Virus record (IMG/VR): IMGVR_UViG_3300032313_000840
Span: 1 to 64,000 of that record
Source of the DNA: a virus
Reading direction: 5' to 3' (one strand)
Length of the DNA: 64,000 nucleotides
Shown: one piece after another, positions 1 to 10,439 of the stretch
Position numbering within the stretch: the stretch's first letter is position 1
Layout: each line of letters starts with the position of its first letter
Translations under genes and position numbers: made by a program
The notes under the pieces: generated by a model
Told to the model about the DNA's origin: nothing
Databases searched by the model: none
Seen by the model: only the letters and a program-made list of their open reading frames with translations

Positions 1-268
1 ATATACTTTTATTGCAACAGATAATGGAAAAATAGTTACGTTTAACAATGGTTCCACTATAACAGTCACAGTGCCCACTGGACTTCCGGTTGGATTTAAT
101 TGTACGGCAATTCAGTTGGGTGCAGGACAAGTAGGATTTACTGCAGCGTCCGGCGTTACATTAAATAGTTATTTGTCTCAGTATAAGATTCTTGGACAGC
201 ATGGTGCTGCAACTTTAATTTCCTATACAACAAATGTTTATAATTTGTCCGGTAATTTGACTATATGA
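1..268 (+). CDS. C-terminal part of a tail fibre/virion structural protein (truncated by the window edge)
   Basis: Frame is open from the window start; Gly/Thr/Ser-rich beta-strand pattern (VPTGLPVGFNCTAIQLGAGQVGF) typical of tail-fibre C-terminal modules. Confidence 0.55.
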   Translation, partial: YTFIATDNGKIVTFNNGSTITVTVPTGLPVGFNCTAIQLGAGQVGFTAASGVTLNSYLSQYKILGQHGAATLISYTTNVYNLSGNLTI

Positions 269-1017
269 TAATTCCTTCCAATTCCATAGGATGTGTTGCT
301 GGGTTTGAACCATTTTCTCCAAGTGGTTTAGTTATTCATGTTGATGCCAATAATAGAAATAGTTATTCGGGTTCTGGTACTGCGTGGATTGATTTAAGTG
401 GTTTAAATAATAATTTTACACTAACAAATAGCCCTACATTTGGAACAGTAAATAACGGAAGTTATTTTCAATTTAATGGAACCAATTCCTATGCTTTATG
501 TCCAACAAATGCAAGTTATAATGCATTGACAACTATGACCACAGAAATTTTATTTGCAGATGATAATATTTCTGGTACTCAAGCACTTTATGGTGATGGT
601 TCTGGTGTTATAGGAGCTAATCAAGGATTTGGTGTGGTAGTTTCTAGTACGGGTGGTGGTGTTATAGGAACAAGAGATGCTACGGCATTTTCAGGTGCCT
701 CAATTACTGCTACTTGGAGATACAGTGCGGGTAGTTATCTTTGGAATCATTATGTAATAACTTGGACAGTGTCTGGAAGTACAGTAAGTGGAAACTGGTA
801 TTTAAATAATAGTGCGCCAACAGCATGGACTGTTTCTAGAAATAGCATTTCTTCTACATCCCCATTGTCAATAGCAGCAAGACCGGGATCAGGAAGTGCA
901 TTAACAGCATTTTTTAGTGGTAGAATTGCTCTTTTTAGAATGTATAATAAAATAATAGATACTAATGAAATAACAAGAAACTACAACCAATATAAATCAC
1001 GATATGGATTACCCTAA
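265..1017 (+). CDS. LamG/concanavalin A-like lectin domain virion protein
   Basis: GLVIHVDA..SYSGSGTAWIDLSG..FNGTN..WNHYVITW..FSGRIALFRMYN..EITRNYN motifs. Confidence 0.8.
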   Translation: MIIPSNSIGCVAGFEPFSPSGLVIHVDANNRNSYSGSGTAWIDLSGLNNNFTLTNSPTFGTVNNGSYFQFNGTNSYALCPTNASYNALTTMTTEILFADDNISGTQALYGDGSGVIGANQGFGVVVSSTGGGVIGTRDATAFSGASITATWRYSAGSYLWNHYVITWTVSGSTVSGNWYLNNSAPTAWTVSRNSISSTSPLSIAARPGSGSALTAFFSGRIALFRMYNKIIDTNEITRNYNQYKSRYGLP

Positions 1018-1258
1018 TCACTATTATCTAATTTTTGATGTAACCGAACTTCCTTTGGTGGATTTTGATTTTGTATTGGAAACTTCTATAGATACGGTTA
1101 GAAAATCTTTAGATGAAACCAAAACATTTGTTAAATGGGAGGGAGACACTCCCGATTTTGTATTAAATATGCAAACAAAACAAGGTCCATATACATATGA
1201 AGAAATTTTAAATATTTTGAACACAGAAGACTGGACATATCCTGAAGACTTGATATAA
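1004..1258 (+). CDS. hypothetical phage protein
   Basis: Acidic 84-aa ORF overlapping the upstream stop. Confidence 0.65.
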   Translation: MDYPNHYYLIFDVTELPLVDFDFVLETSIDTVRKSLDETKTFVKWEGDTPDFVLNMQTKQGPYTYEEILNILNTEDWTYPEDLI

Positions 1259-1265
1259 TACGCAT

Positions 1266-1787
1266 ATGCTTCTAGAATATTTTAAAGACAATCCATACAT
1301 TCCAGATCCAAATTTTCAGACCAAGATGGCAGCATGTTTTGACCTTGCCGCATATATTCCAAGGAATGAGAAGGTCAAAGTTTACTCTGGCAAGGAATGC
1401 ATGGATGTCTCCCCAATTTATGACTCCGAGAAGGAAGACTCCTATGTCTGCCTGATGCCCGGAGAAAGGGCTCTAATTCGCACAGGCTTGACTTTTAAGC
1501 TGCCCGATGGATATTCCCTACGTCTACACCCTCGGTCAGGGATGGCCCTTAAATACGGTCTTACGCTGACAAATTGCGAAGGCGTAGTTGACGAGGATTA
1601 TACCTACGAGACCAAACTTATTATGATGAATACCAATAGCAAGGATTCTATCAAAATTTATAATAAGGACCGTGTGGCTCAGGCAGAACTAGTTGTCTAT
1701 GAGCAGCCTTTGTTGGCTGAAATACAAATAAGACCTGGTTTGAAGACAGATCGGGTTGGTGGGTTTGGGTCTACCGGAGAACGTTAA
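1266..1787 (+). CDS. dut: trimeric dUTPase
   Basis: Motifs AACFDL, RSGMA, GVVDEDY, DRVAQ, RVGGFGSTG. Confidence 0.95.
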   Translation: MLLEYFKDNPYIPDPNFQTKMAACFDLAAYIPRNEKVKVYSGKECMDVSPIYDSEKEDSYVCLMPGERALIRTGLTFKLPDGYSLRLHPRSGMALKYGLTLTNCEGVVDEDYTYETKLIMMNTNSKDSIKIYNKDRVAQAELVVYEQPLLAEIQIRPGLKTDRVGGFGSTGER

Positions 1788-2476
1788 TTTCTTTGGCGTG
1801 TAGGTGCAAACATTAGCATTGCAAATCCTGTAAGCACCACTGGTCCCGGTGTGGGCGTACTAATAAAATAACCAGTATCTATTCCATAATATTCACCAAA
1901 TCCATAATTGTTTCCTAAAGCAAGTGTGTTGCTATACACATCAAATGGTAATAGACTTGGTGAAAAAAATACAGAATAGTTATCCAAAAATTGTGTAGAA
2001 GTATTTACTACATCCATTGGCGGCAATGGCTCAAAGACTGAATCTTTAGTTAGTGAAACCAAAATTTTATTTGGAATTTTGGCTTCTACAATGTTTACAG
2101 GAATTTCTGGGTCTTCTTTTTTTGGTAGACGAGTGAGTTCATCAATTATTTCATATTTTTTGACAAATGATTTGTCAATATAATTTGGAATTAAAAATGG
2201 TCTAATTGGATTCCATGTATGTTTTTCATTTTTTTTATTTTCTTCTTGTAGTGTTTCTTCTTTGGAATCTTTTTTATCTTCTACAGCAGACATTGCAGAG
2301 TTTACAGTATTGACAGAAGCCATCAAAGCTTTGGCTCCTTGTTCTCCCAATAAAGTTATAGACACAGTGCATACAATAGTCATTGCGTAAAGCTTCTTTT
2401 GAAGTTTTTTTACGTTTTCTTTTGCTTCTTCACATATTAGAAAGCAAGATTGGCAGATATGCGATTTAGTGCTCAT
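1784..2476 (-). CDS. membrane protein with PEP-CTERM-like C-terminal sorting signal
   Basis: Hydrophobic segment near the N-terminus; C-terminus TPTPGPVVLTGFAMLMFAPTRQRN (PxPG, TM, basic tail); GAAAGGA SD before the ATG at 2476. Confidence 0.6.
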   Translation of the reverse strand: MSTKSHICQSCFLICEEAKENVKKLQKKLYAMTIVCTVSITLLGEQGAKALMASVNTVNSAMSAVEDKKDSKEETLQEENKKNEKHTWNPIRPFLIPNYIDKSFVKKYEIIDELTRLPKKEDPEIPVNIVEAKIPNKILVSLTKDSVFEPLPPMDVVNTSTQFLDNYSVFFSPSLLPFDVYSNTLALGNNYGFGEYYGIDTGYFISTPTPGPVVLTGFAMLMFAPTRQRN

Positions 2477-2553
2477 AGTAAAGTCCTTTCGTTCCCCAAT
2501 CACGACAAGACTAATTTAAAATCGCAACTTGCAAATAATCTTAATTATTTAGA

Positions 2554-2856
2554 TTATTGTGGGTCTATTGAGACCTGTTTTACTTCTGATTTTATAAGAG
2601 TGCTGCTTGGTTCTTGTTCAAGGCAATTGATCGGCTTATTGATCAAGTTTCTATATCCCCACATCAATCCAAGCAATGCCACGGGACCATACCAGAACAA
2701 CCAACCATAGGATTCAGTTGTTGATCCTGGTGCAGCAATCTTATCTTTCAAAGCCATCATTACTACATTGTCGCTAGTATTGTCTGGAACAATGAAAGGT
2801 TGAGTAGAGCATCCTGCTAAAACCATCAGTGCAATTATAGATGTTAAAAATTTCAT
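2554..2856 (-). CDS. lipoprotein with an additional TM helix (lysis/spanin-like candidate)
   Basis: Signal peptide II with lipobox LAGC; second hydrophobic segment WLFWYGPVALLGLMWGY. Confidence 0.6.
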   Translation of the reverse strand: MKFLTSIIALMVLAGCSTQPFIVPDNTSDNVVMMALKDKIAAPGSTTESYGWLFWYGPVALLGLMWGYRNLINKPINCLEQEPSSTLIKSEVKQVSIDPQ

Positions 2857-2866
2857 TATATGCTCC

Positions 2867-3301
2867 TTATTTTGTTGTTGCTGCAGCAGTTCCGAAGTAG
2901 AAACCTACGATACTCAATAGAATCTCTCTGTTCTCAGAAGACCAGAAGAATCCATTGATCTCAACGAATCCTTTCTTGGCAGTTGCTGGAATCAAACCAA
3001 ACAAAGCCTCTGGATTTTTTACATCAACTTCTACGAATGTTGGGACACCGAAGAATGGAAGAATAAATGGAGCAGCAAAAGCTCCAAACAAGACTGTGAG
3101 TACGATGATTTGTCTTACAACACGGCCAGCATCAAGTGGAACTCTTTCTGCAGCCTTGTTTTGATTTTCTGTAGTTTGTTTATTCGCTTGAATAAGTTGG
3201 TTGAACATTTCCTTTTGATCTGCGCTCTTCTGAGCCATGAACTTGAAAAGGAAGCCAGTCGCCCCGCCCGCCACCATACTAATCAATTCTGGAGAAAACA
3301 T
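2867..3301 (-). CDS. holin-like membrane protein
   Basis: Two to three hydrophobic helices, ending in SIVGFYFG as in many phage holin-like proteins. Confidence 0.55.
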   Translation of the reverse strand: MFSPELISMVAGGATGFLFKFMAQKSADQKEMFNQLIQANKQTTENQNKAAERVPLDAGRVVRQIIVLTVLFGAFAAPFILPFFGVPTFVEVDVKNPEALFGLIPATAKKGFVEINGFFWSSENREILLSIVGFYFGTAAATTK

Positions 3302-3309
3302 AATTTACC

Positions 3310-3903
3310 TCAATTCTTTTGGTGTGAAAGTTGTAGTTCAATCGAATTACGAATAGATTGGAAAATATCCATAAAATTCTTTTCTTGAATCAAAATTGGT
3401 TCAAAATCTTTGTGCCATTGCACCAACACAAAACCAACATTTATTCCTTTATTTTTTAAAGGCAAGCAAGAAAAATGTGAAATGTTTTCATCATCAAAAA
3501 AATGTCTTGCATGACTATCTGCCTGCATAGAGTCAACACAATGAATATTTGCTTTATTTTGAATAATTTTGTTTAACAAAGGAACAAACAAAGAACACTG
3601 AGTACCTTTAAGTTTGCCTACTTGAGATATATAACCTTTATGAGAAGATTCATGGGTTATTGAAAATTTCATCATAGAGATGCCATCCATGAAATATTCT
3701 CCATTGTGTAGTTGAAGAACAGTTGCCCTCATGCTGCGAGCTTCAAGTCGGAGTTCTGTAAGAAGCTCATGAATTTCTGTATGAATTTCTATGAAATTAT
3801 CAGTTTTTTTCTTAGATTTGAAAAAAGATTTAATTCCAAATCCTAAGCCGAGTAATCCTGCTACTCCATATGCTGTTTTTTCAAAAATTTCCATATAATC
3901 CAT
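3310..3903 (-). CDS. single-TM protein with GAF-like soluble domain (T4 holin T-like architecture)
   Basis: N-terminal TM, then RATVLQLHNG...FSCLPLKNKGINVGFVLVQW GAF-like pattern. Confidence 0.5.
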   Translation of the reverse strand: MDYMEIFEKTAYGVAGLLGLGFGIKSFFKSKKKTDNFIEIHTEIHELLTELRLEARSMRATVLQLHNGEYFMDGISMMKFSITHESSHKGYISQVGKLKGTQCSLFVPLLNKIIQNKANIHCVDSMQADSHARHFFDDENISHFSCLPLKNKGINVGFVLVQWHKDFEPILIQEKNFMDIFQSIRNSIELQLSHQKN

Positions 3904-3968
3904 TGATAAACTCCATGTCTTAATATTTATATTTGACAGGGCGGCAATATGTGATAGAATGAGATTCT

Positions 3969-4292
3969 ATGATGACAAGAGAACAATTATTTAAATTACA
4001 CGAAGAAATTTGCAAGGAAGCCATCGAACTTATGCGTAAAAAGAACAATGATTACGCATCTGGCGCAGATCCTTTCATGAATTTCCGAAGAGCGGAATAT
4101 TTAGGTTTTGCAACTGCAGAACTTGGTGTTCTTATTCGTATGACCGATAAGATGTCAAGAATCTCCACTTATTTGAATAAGGGAGAACTTTCATTGCAGA
4201 ATGAGAGTGTTTATGATGCAATTGTTGACCTAATTAATTACAGTGTTATACTTGCAGGGCTTCTCAAAGATAGAGAACCCAAGAAAGACTAA
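3969..4292 (+). CDS. nucleotide modification-associated domain 1 (DUF1599/Nmad1-like) protein
   Basis: KKNNDYA..DPFMNF..GVLIRMTDKMSRI..ESVYDAIVDLINYS. Confidence 0.75.
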   Translation: MMTREQLFKLHEEICKEAIELMRKKNNDYASGADPFMNFRRAEYLGFATAELGVLIRMTDKMSRISTYLNKGELSLQNESVYDAIVDLINYSVILAGLLKDREPKKD

Positions 4293-6799
4293 TGAAATTT
4301 TATACTGCCTGTGCTTTGAAGGGGAACAAGGTTCTTGTTCGTGGCTATAACAATGGTGTTCGATTTACCGATACCATTGCTTACAAGCCATCCTTATACA
4401 TCAAATCCGATAGCCAATCCAAGTACAGGACTCTCAACAATGTTAACGTCAAACGCATGAAGTTTGACACGTTGTATGATTGCCGTCAATTCCTAGACCA
4501 ATACAGAGACCTAGATGATTGCCCGATTTATGGAAACACTGATTTCGTCACTCAATATCTCATGGAGACTTATCCGACTGAGGTGGAATACGATCTTTCC
4601 AAGATCAAAGTAGCCTACCTAGACTTGGAGTGTGAAACTGAGGGAGGCTTTCCAGATCTAGACAACCCAAATGAACGAATCAACCTTGTGACTATTCGTA
4701 TCTGCGGTGTCAACTATGTTCTTACTATGAAGCCACTCACCTTGCCAGACTGCAAGGTTGTTATGGTTACATCAGAGAAGGAACTGATCAAGAAGATCTT
4801 CGATATCCTTGCTAAGGAAGACATAGATATTCTTACAGGATGGAACATCAAACTCTTCGATATGCCCTATATAATAGGTAGGGCAAAGCTTTTCTTTGAG
4901 GAAAAAGAGATTCAGAGTTGGATGCCGTTTGGTTTGATGAAGATGCGTGAGACTAATATTGGTGGCAAGGATTATAAACTCTTTGAGTTTCCCGGCTACA
5001 CGATCCTAGACTACATGGATCTTTATAAGAAGTTCAGGCTTGTTCCCCGAGAAAGTTACGCTCTTAACTTTATTGCAAAGGCGGAACTAAATGCTCAAAA
5101 ACTGGATTACAGCGAGTATGGATCTTTGCGGGAGTTCTATACGAAAGATTTTCAAAGGTTTGCGGAGTATAACGTCCAAGATGTCGTGCTGGTTGAACAG
5201 CTTGACAATAAGCTCCGACTGATTGATTTGGCGATCTCCATTGCCTACGAGGCAAAGATCACATTTGATACGGTCTTCTTCGCCACTCGGATTTGGGAGA
5301 CCATTTGCTGTGACTATCTTGCCAAGCAATACATCGTTCCACCTCTAAAGACCAAGTATGCCAAGGATGAGCAGTTTGTTGGTGCATATGTCAAGGAAGT
5401 TGTACCGGGACTCTACAAGAACATAGTCAGTTTTGACGCAACCAGCCTGTATCCATCCATCATCATGTCATGGAACATTTCTCCTGAAACTTGCATTCAC
5501 AAAGATTCATCACTCAATGCTGATGATTTCCTTCGCAGCAAGCGTAAGGAGATTCCAGATATTATTGAAGATGCTGAAAGCCAGGATGCATGTGTTACCT
5601 GCAATGGTTCTTTCTTTACCCGTAAAATCAAGGGCTTTATTCCAATCCTTATTGAAACCACTTTCAATCAGCGTAAGGAAGCCAAAAACAAGATGATGGA
5701 ACTGAAGAAGGAATATGAGGAAACCAAAAACAAGGATCTTCTTCCTCGTATATCTGCTCTAGATATTCGTCAGACCGTAAAGAAGATTTTGGCAAACAGC
5801 CTGTATGGTTGCCTTGGTAATCCTGCATTTACATATTCATCTCCTGAACTGGCTACGGCAGTTACCGTGACTGGGCAAGTCATCATTCGTACTGCTGAGA
5901 ATTCCATGAATGACTATATCAACAAGGTCATGAAGAATGAAGAGCCCAAAGATTATGTTATTGCAGTCGATACCGATTCTGTTTATTTGAATCTTGATGA
6001 AGTTATCACAAAGGTTTCCAGCAAGACTCCAATTGAAGATATCACTTCTTTCGTAGATGACATTTGTGAAAACAATATTCAAAAGCAACTAAACAAGGTC
6101 ATGAAAGATTTGACATGGATGCTTGGTTGTACTAATAACAAGATCTCCTTCAAGCGTGAAGCAATTGCTTCTGCAGGAATGTTTATTGCCAAGAAGCGAT
6201 ATGCATTGCTTGTACACGACAATGAAGGAATTAGATATGCTGAACCTCAATTGAAGATCATGGGACTTGAGACTGCAAGAAGCAGCACTCCTGCAGTCGT
6301 CCGCGATAAGTTGAAGGACTGCATCATGATCATCCTGACCAAGACCCCCGAGGAGTTGCGCGAGTTTGTGAATATATTCTCTGATGAATTTATGAAGATG
6401 CCTATAGAAGATGTCGCTGCTCCTCGGGGTGTCAAGGGTATCAGCAAATATACTGATTCCTCAGACATCTATAAGTCTGGTACTCCAATTGCCACCAAGG
6501 CTGCATTGTTACACAATGCATACACCAAAAAGATAAAGTTGGATAAGGAGATTCCACCGATCAAGGAAAACGACAAGATTAAGTTTGTTTTTGTCCGTGT
6601 TCCCAATCCTTATGGCATGGGTGGCAGAGATGCCGTGATGGGTTTCATCGGCAAGCCTCCTCCACAATTTAATCTTGAAAAATATATTGATCGAAAGAAA
6701 CAATTTGAAAAAACTTTTGGTGAGCCTTTAGACAATATTTTACAAGCCATCAAGTGGTCTATAAATGAACAAGTCACACTTGAATCCTTCTTTGGTTGA
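4292..6799 (+). CDS. 43: family B DNA polymerase (T4 gp43)
   Basis: ExoI DLECE, ExoII GWNIKLFD, SFDATSLYPS, KILANSLYG, AVDTDS, KKRY motifs. Confidence 0.98.
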   Translation: MKFYTACALKGNKVLVRGYNNGVRFTDTIAYKPSLYIKSDSQSKYRTLNNVNVKRMKFDTLYDCRQFLDQYRDLDDCPIYGNTDFVTQYLMETYPTEVEYDLSKIKVAYLDLECETEGGFPDLDNPNERINLVTIRICGVNYVLTMKPLTLPDCKVVMVTSEKELIKKIFDILAKEDIDILTGWNIKLFDMPYIIGRAKLFFEEKEIQSWMPFGLMKMRETNIGGKDYKLFEFPGYTILDYMDLYKKFRLVPRESYALNFIAKAELNAQKLDYSEYGSLREFYTKDFQRFAEYNVQDVVLVEQLDNKLRLIDLAISIAYEAKITFDTVFFATRIWETICCDYLAKQYIVPPLKTKYAKDEQFVGAYVKEVVPGLYKNIVSFDATSLYPSIIMSWNISPETCIHKDSSLNADDFLRSKRKEIPDIIEDAESQDACVTCNGSFFTRKIKGFIPILIETTFNQRKEAKNKMMELKKEYEETKNKDLLPRISALDIRQTVKKILANSLYGCLGNPAFTYSSPELATAVTVTGQVIIRTAENSMNDYINKVMKNEEPKDYVIAVDTDSVYLNLDEVITKVSSKTPIEDITSFVDDICENNIQKQLNKVMKDLTWMLGCTNNKISFKREAIASAGMFIAKKRYALLVHDNEGIRYAEPQLKIMGLETARSSTPAVVRDKLKDCIMIILTKTPEELREFVNIFSDEFMKMPIEDVAAPRGVKGISKYTDSSDIYKSGTPIATKAALLHNAYTKKIKLDKEIPPIKENDKIKFVFVRVPNPYGMGGRDAVMGFIGKPPPQFNLEKYIDRKKQFEKTFGEPLDNILQAIKWSINEQVTLESFFG

Positions 6800-6813
6800 G
6801 GTATAATACAAAT

Positions 6814-7065
6814 ATGGGTGAAATTAAATATACACAAAGTCCGCAATTGACTAAACAAGACATTGATTTTGATGAACTTCTTACAGACATAAGAAAAGAC
6901 ATGAAAAGACCTAGATATCAGTCAAAGCATACTCATGTAGATTTTGAAGTATTCAAACTAAAAGATGCAATAATTAAGCAATTGCAAGAAGAAAATGCTG
7001 CTTTGAAGGAAGAGATTGCAGATCTTAAGATGGATCTCAAGACTTTCATTGAAATGGAAAGTTAA
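6814..7065 (+). CDS. hypothetical coiled-coil protein
   Basis: ORF begins just after TATAAT; C-terminal heptad pattern. Confidence 0.55.
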   Translation: MGEIKYTQSPQLTKQDIDFDELLTDIRKDMKRPRYQSKHTHVDFEVFKLKDAIIKQLQEENAALKEEIADLKMDLKTFIEMES

Positions 7066-7068
7066 GAA

Positions 7069-7350
7069 ATGATAAAGAAATTTAAATCTAGATACGGTGA
7101 TGAACGAATTCTCACACTTCTTGAAGACGGATCTTACAAGGTCGAAGGTCGGACTCTATATACTCGCCACGGTGATGGGCTATTTGATTTTGAAGGTGGC
7201 CCATGCTATATTGTTGGCGATAGACTACTTGACGTTGATGATGAACTAATCATTGATTCTTTAAAGGTTGATCAGAGCGTAGACAAAGAAGACTACGCTG
7301 CTGTTATTATTAATACAAGAAAGGCCAAGCGTGGCAAGTCCAAAATCTAA
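7069..7350 (+). CDS. hypothetical protein
   Basis: ORF in operon context. Confidence 0.6.
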   Translation: MIKKFKSRYGDERILTLLEDGSYKVEGRTLYTRHGDGLFDFEGGPCYIVGDRLLDVDDELIIDSLKVDQSVDKEDYAAVIINTRKAKRGKSKI

Positions 7351-7699
7351 AAAGAATAAGATGCCCAAGTTGCTCAGATATCGTCGTCTGTATGATGTTC
7401 TCACGGAATCTGAAACAGATTTCAAGAGCCGCATCACTGGGATGCCCGTATATCTTTTATTGAGTGAACATAGATTGATTTGTGAACAATATGGTGTAGA
7501 ATCATTTAAGGTCAATGATCAATTGACTGACAGAGTATCTAAAATTTATGATAGACTGTCTATTGTTCAAAAAGAAATCATGCAGACCTTTCATAACATG
7601 AACGATCAGTTGATGATATCCGATTACTACGCCGATCAGGCATACGCACAGAAAGAAAAGGAAAAGAATGTCGAAGTATCTACAAAATCTACTAAGTAA
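7331..7699 (+). CDS. hypothetical protein
   Basis: ORF overlapping both neighbours in the operon. Confidence 0.55.
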   Translation: MASPKSKKNKMPKLLRYRRLYDVLTESETDFKSRITGMPVYLLLSEHRLICEQYGVESFKVNDQLTDRVSKIYDRLSIVQKEIMQTFHNMNDQLMISDYYADQAYAQKEKEKNVEVSTKSTK

Positions 7700-8696
7700 A
7701 ATTAACAACCCCGATGCATCAATCGTTGCCGATGGTATCGATGGAGCAGATGTAACTGGGTTCATTGACACGGGCTCCTATGTATTGAATGCCCTGCTGT
7801 CTGGCTCTATATATGGTGGGCTTCCCAACAACAAGATTTCTTGTCTGGCTGGAGATCCCGCAACTGGAAAGACTTTTTATGCAATTGGAATGGCTACGCA
7901 GTTCCTTAAAGACCACAAAGATGGGCTTGTCGTATACTTTGACACGGAACAAGCGGTCACTTCAGACATGTTTGAATCCCGAGGAATTGACACCAAGAGA
8001 ATTGCGGTTGTTCCTGTTGCAACAATCGAAGAGTTCAGGACTCAGGCTCTCCAGATCGTCAATGAAGTTAATGAGACACCTGAAGAAGAACGCAAGCCAA
8101 TCTTTATGGTTCTTGATTCTCTGGGAATGTTATCGACAAAGAAAGAAATGAGCGACACTGCTGAAGGCAAAGATGTTCGTGACATGACCAAGGCACAGGT
8201 CACCAAGGGTGCTTTCCGTGTTCTTACAATTAAGCTTGGCAAGGCTAAGATTCCTCTTCTTCTTACCAACCACACTTACCAAGTAATTGGTTCTTATGTT
8301 CCTACCAAGGATCTCAGCGGTGGCGTTGGTCTGAAGTACGCTGCTAGCAACATCATTATGCTTTCCAAAAGCAAGGACAAGACAGACGAAGGCGTAGTTG
8401 GCAATTTTATTAAGTGCACCAATTATAAGAATCGTTTTGTCAAGGAGAACATGCATGTTGAGACTCGCCTTAACTATACTTCTGGCCTCAGCCGTTACTA
8501 TGGCTTGACGGAGTTTGCAATCAAGTATGGTATCTTTAAAAAGGTATCTACCCGTGTAGAACTTCCAGATGGTAGCAAGGTGTTTGAGAAGAATATTGAT
8601 GAAGAGCCCGAGAAGTACTTCACCAAGGATATCCTAGATAAGTTGGACGCACAGATTCAAAAGGAATTTAAGTATGGAAAAGGCTCCGAAGTATAA
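7668..8696 (+). CDS. uvsX: RecA-like recombinase UvsX
   Basis: DTGSYVLNALLSGS, Walker A GDPATGKT, YFDTE, VLDSLG, DMTKAQ. Confidence 0.96.
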   Translation: MSKYLQNLLSKINNPDASIVADGIDGADVTGFIDTGSYVLNALLSGSIYGGLPNNKISCLAGDPATGKTFYAIGMATQFLKDHKDGLVVYFDTEQAVTSDMFESRGIDTKRIAVVPVATIEEFRTQALQIVNEVNETPEEERKPIFMVLDSLGMLSTKKEMSDTAEGKDVRDMTKAQVTKGAFRVLTIKLGKAKIPLLLTNHTYQVIGSYVPTKDLSGGVGLKYAASNIIMLSKSKDKTDEGVVGNFIKCTNYKNRFVKENMHVETRLNYTSGLSRYYGLTEFAIKYGIFKKVSTRVELPDGSKVFEKNIDEEPEKYFTKDILDKLDAQIQKEFKYGKGSEV

Positions 8697-9000
8697 ATTT
8701 TTACCAGATGATTCAAAGGACATTTCGCAGACATGTCCTATCATAATCACTGAAGGAAAGTTTGAAGGAATTGTTTACCGTTATGGTAAGATTTCATTTA
8801 ATGAAACTGAAACAGGTGATTTAAATGTCACCATGGACATCGAAATGATTACATCCCCTGATAATTTTAATCAACAAGATAAAGATTTTACAGATTACGT
8901 TGGTGAGATATTTGTTGATATTGTTGAGAACCAAGCCGAAGTTGATACGACCCAAGATCTTGAAGCAGATGTTCACGAAGATCCTCTGGACAACGCCTAA
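8674..9000 (+). CDS. 40: gp40-like head vertex assembly chaperone
   Basis: Lies between uvsX and gene 41 as in T4; GIVYRYGKISF motif. Confidence 0.65.
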   Translation: MEKAPKYKFLPDDSKDISQTCPIIITEGKFEGIVYRYGKISFNETETGDLNVTMDIEMITSPDNFNQQDKDFTDYVGEIFVDIVENQAEVDTTQDLEADVHEDPLDNA

Positions 9001-9020
9001 AATAGTGATATACTAAAAAC

Positions 9021-10439
9021 ATGGAAACAGTTATTCTAAAGAACTTGGTCCTCAATGAGGACTATGCTCGCAAAGTTGTCCCGTTCCTTCAAGATGAATA
9101 CTTTCACGACAAGGCCGAGAAAACGGTCTTTAATATCGTGAGCAAGTTCATTCTGAAGTACAACAACATTCCAACCAAAGATGCTATTCTCATCTCTCTA
9201 GGAGATGAGAAGGGTCTTGGAGAAATGGAATTCAAGAAGTGCTCGTCTATTGCAGACGAAATGTACAAGGAAGGTGAGAAGTCAGACACCAACTGGCTTG
9301 TGGAGAACACCGAAAAGTTCTGCAAAGAAAAGGCCATCTATAATGGTATCATGGCCTCCATCGGTATCATCGAAGGCAAGGATAAGGAGCAGACTCAGAA
9401 TGCAATTCCTGAGATCATGTCTAAGGCTCTTTCGGTATCCTTTGATACAAGAGTCGGCCACGACTTCCTTGAAGATGTGGATGAGCGTTATGAATATTAT
9501 CATCGCGTTGAAGAGAGAACTCCGTTCGATCTGGAAATGTTTAATGTCATTACCAGAGGTGGTGTACGCAAGAAGACGCTGAACGTTGTCATGGCCGCAT
9601 CTGGTGTTGGTAAGAGTGCATTCCTCTGCCATCACGCAGCAGCCTGCCTATCTCAAAACATGAATGTTCTGTACATCACGCTTGAGATGGCCGAAGAGGA
9701 AATCGCCAAGCGCATTGACGCCAATCTTCTTGATACAGACATGCATGTCCTTGAGCAGATGCCTCTCAAGCAGTACGAGAGTAAGGTTGACAATCTTAAG
9801 CGTACCTGCCGTGGTAAACTGATCATCAAGGAATATCCCACTGCTGCTGCAAACGTGACTCACTTCAGAGTGCTCATGGAAGAACTGAAGATCAAGAAGA
9901 AGTTTGTGCCTGATGTCATCTTTGTAGATTATCTGAACATTTGCTCTTGTGCTCGTTTCAAGATGGGCAACGGCATGAATAGTTACACCTACGTCAAGGG
10001 CATTGCAGAAGAACTTCGTGGTATTGCCAAGCAGTTCAATGTTCCTCTGTGGACGGCTACTCAGGTCAACCGTGAAGGTGCGAAGAGCAGCGACATGGAG
10101 ATGACAGATACATCTGAAAGCTTTGGTCTACCTCAGACTGCAGACTTCTTCTTTGCTCTGATTGAGAATGAAGAACTTGCGGAAGCCGGCCAACTGGTTG
10201 TTAAGCAACTGAAGAACCGTGGTAATGATACCACTAAGAACCGTAAGTTTCTTATTGGTGTAAACAAATCTAAGATGAAATTCTACGATGTTGACAACTC
10301 CAGCAACAATCTTGTTGAAGCCAATAATACTGGTGAAGAAGGATTTGGTTCAGGTTCAGATCCAATTGCGTTTGATCCAAAATTTGGTAAGAAGAAGAAC
10401 AAGGCAGTCAATTGGACTTTTGAAGACGCTGCAAAATGA
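9021..10439 (+). CDS. 41: replicative DnaB-like helicase (T4 gp41)
   Basis: Walker A AASGVGKS, YITLEM, IIKEYPT, VDYLNI, TATQVNR, SESFGLP. Confidence 0.97.
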   Translation: METVILKNLVLNEDYARKVVPFLQDEYFHDKAEKTVFNIVSKFILKYNNIPTKDAILISLGDEKGLGEMEFKKCSSIADEMYKEGEKSDTNWLVENTEKFCKEKAIYNGIMASIGIIEGKDKEQTQNAIPEIMSKALSVSFDTRVGHDFLEDVDERYEYYHRVEERTPFDLEMFNVITRGGVRKKTLNVVMAASGVGKSAFLCHHAAACLSQNMNVLYITLEMAEEEIAKRIDANLLDTDMHVLEQMPLKQYESKVDNLKRTCRGKLIIKEYPTAAANVTHFRVLMEELKIKKKFVPDVIFVDYLNICSCARFKMGNGMNSYTYVKGIAEELRGIAKQFNVPLWTATQVNREGAKSSDMEMTDTSESFGLPQTADFFFALIENEELAEAGQLVVKQLKNRGNDTTKNRKFLIGVNKSKMKFYDVDNSSNNLVEANNTGEEGFGSGSDPIAFDPKFGKKKNKAVNWTFEDAAK

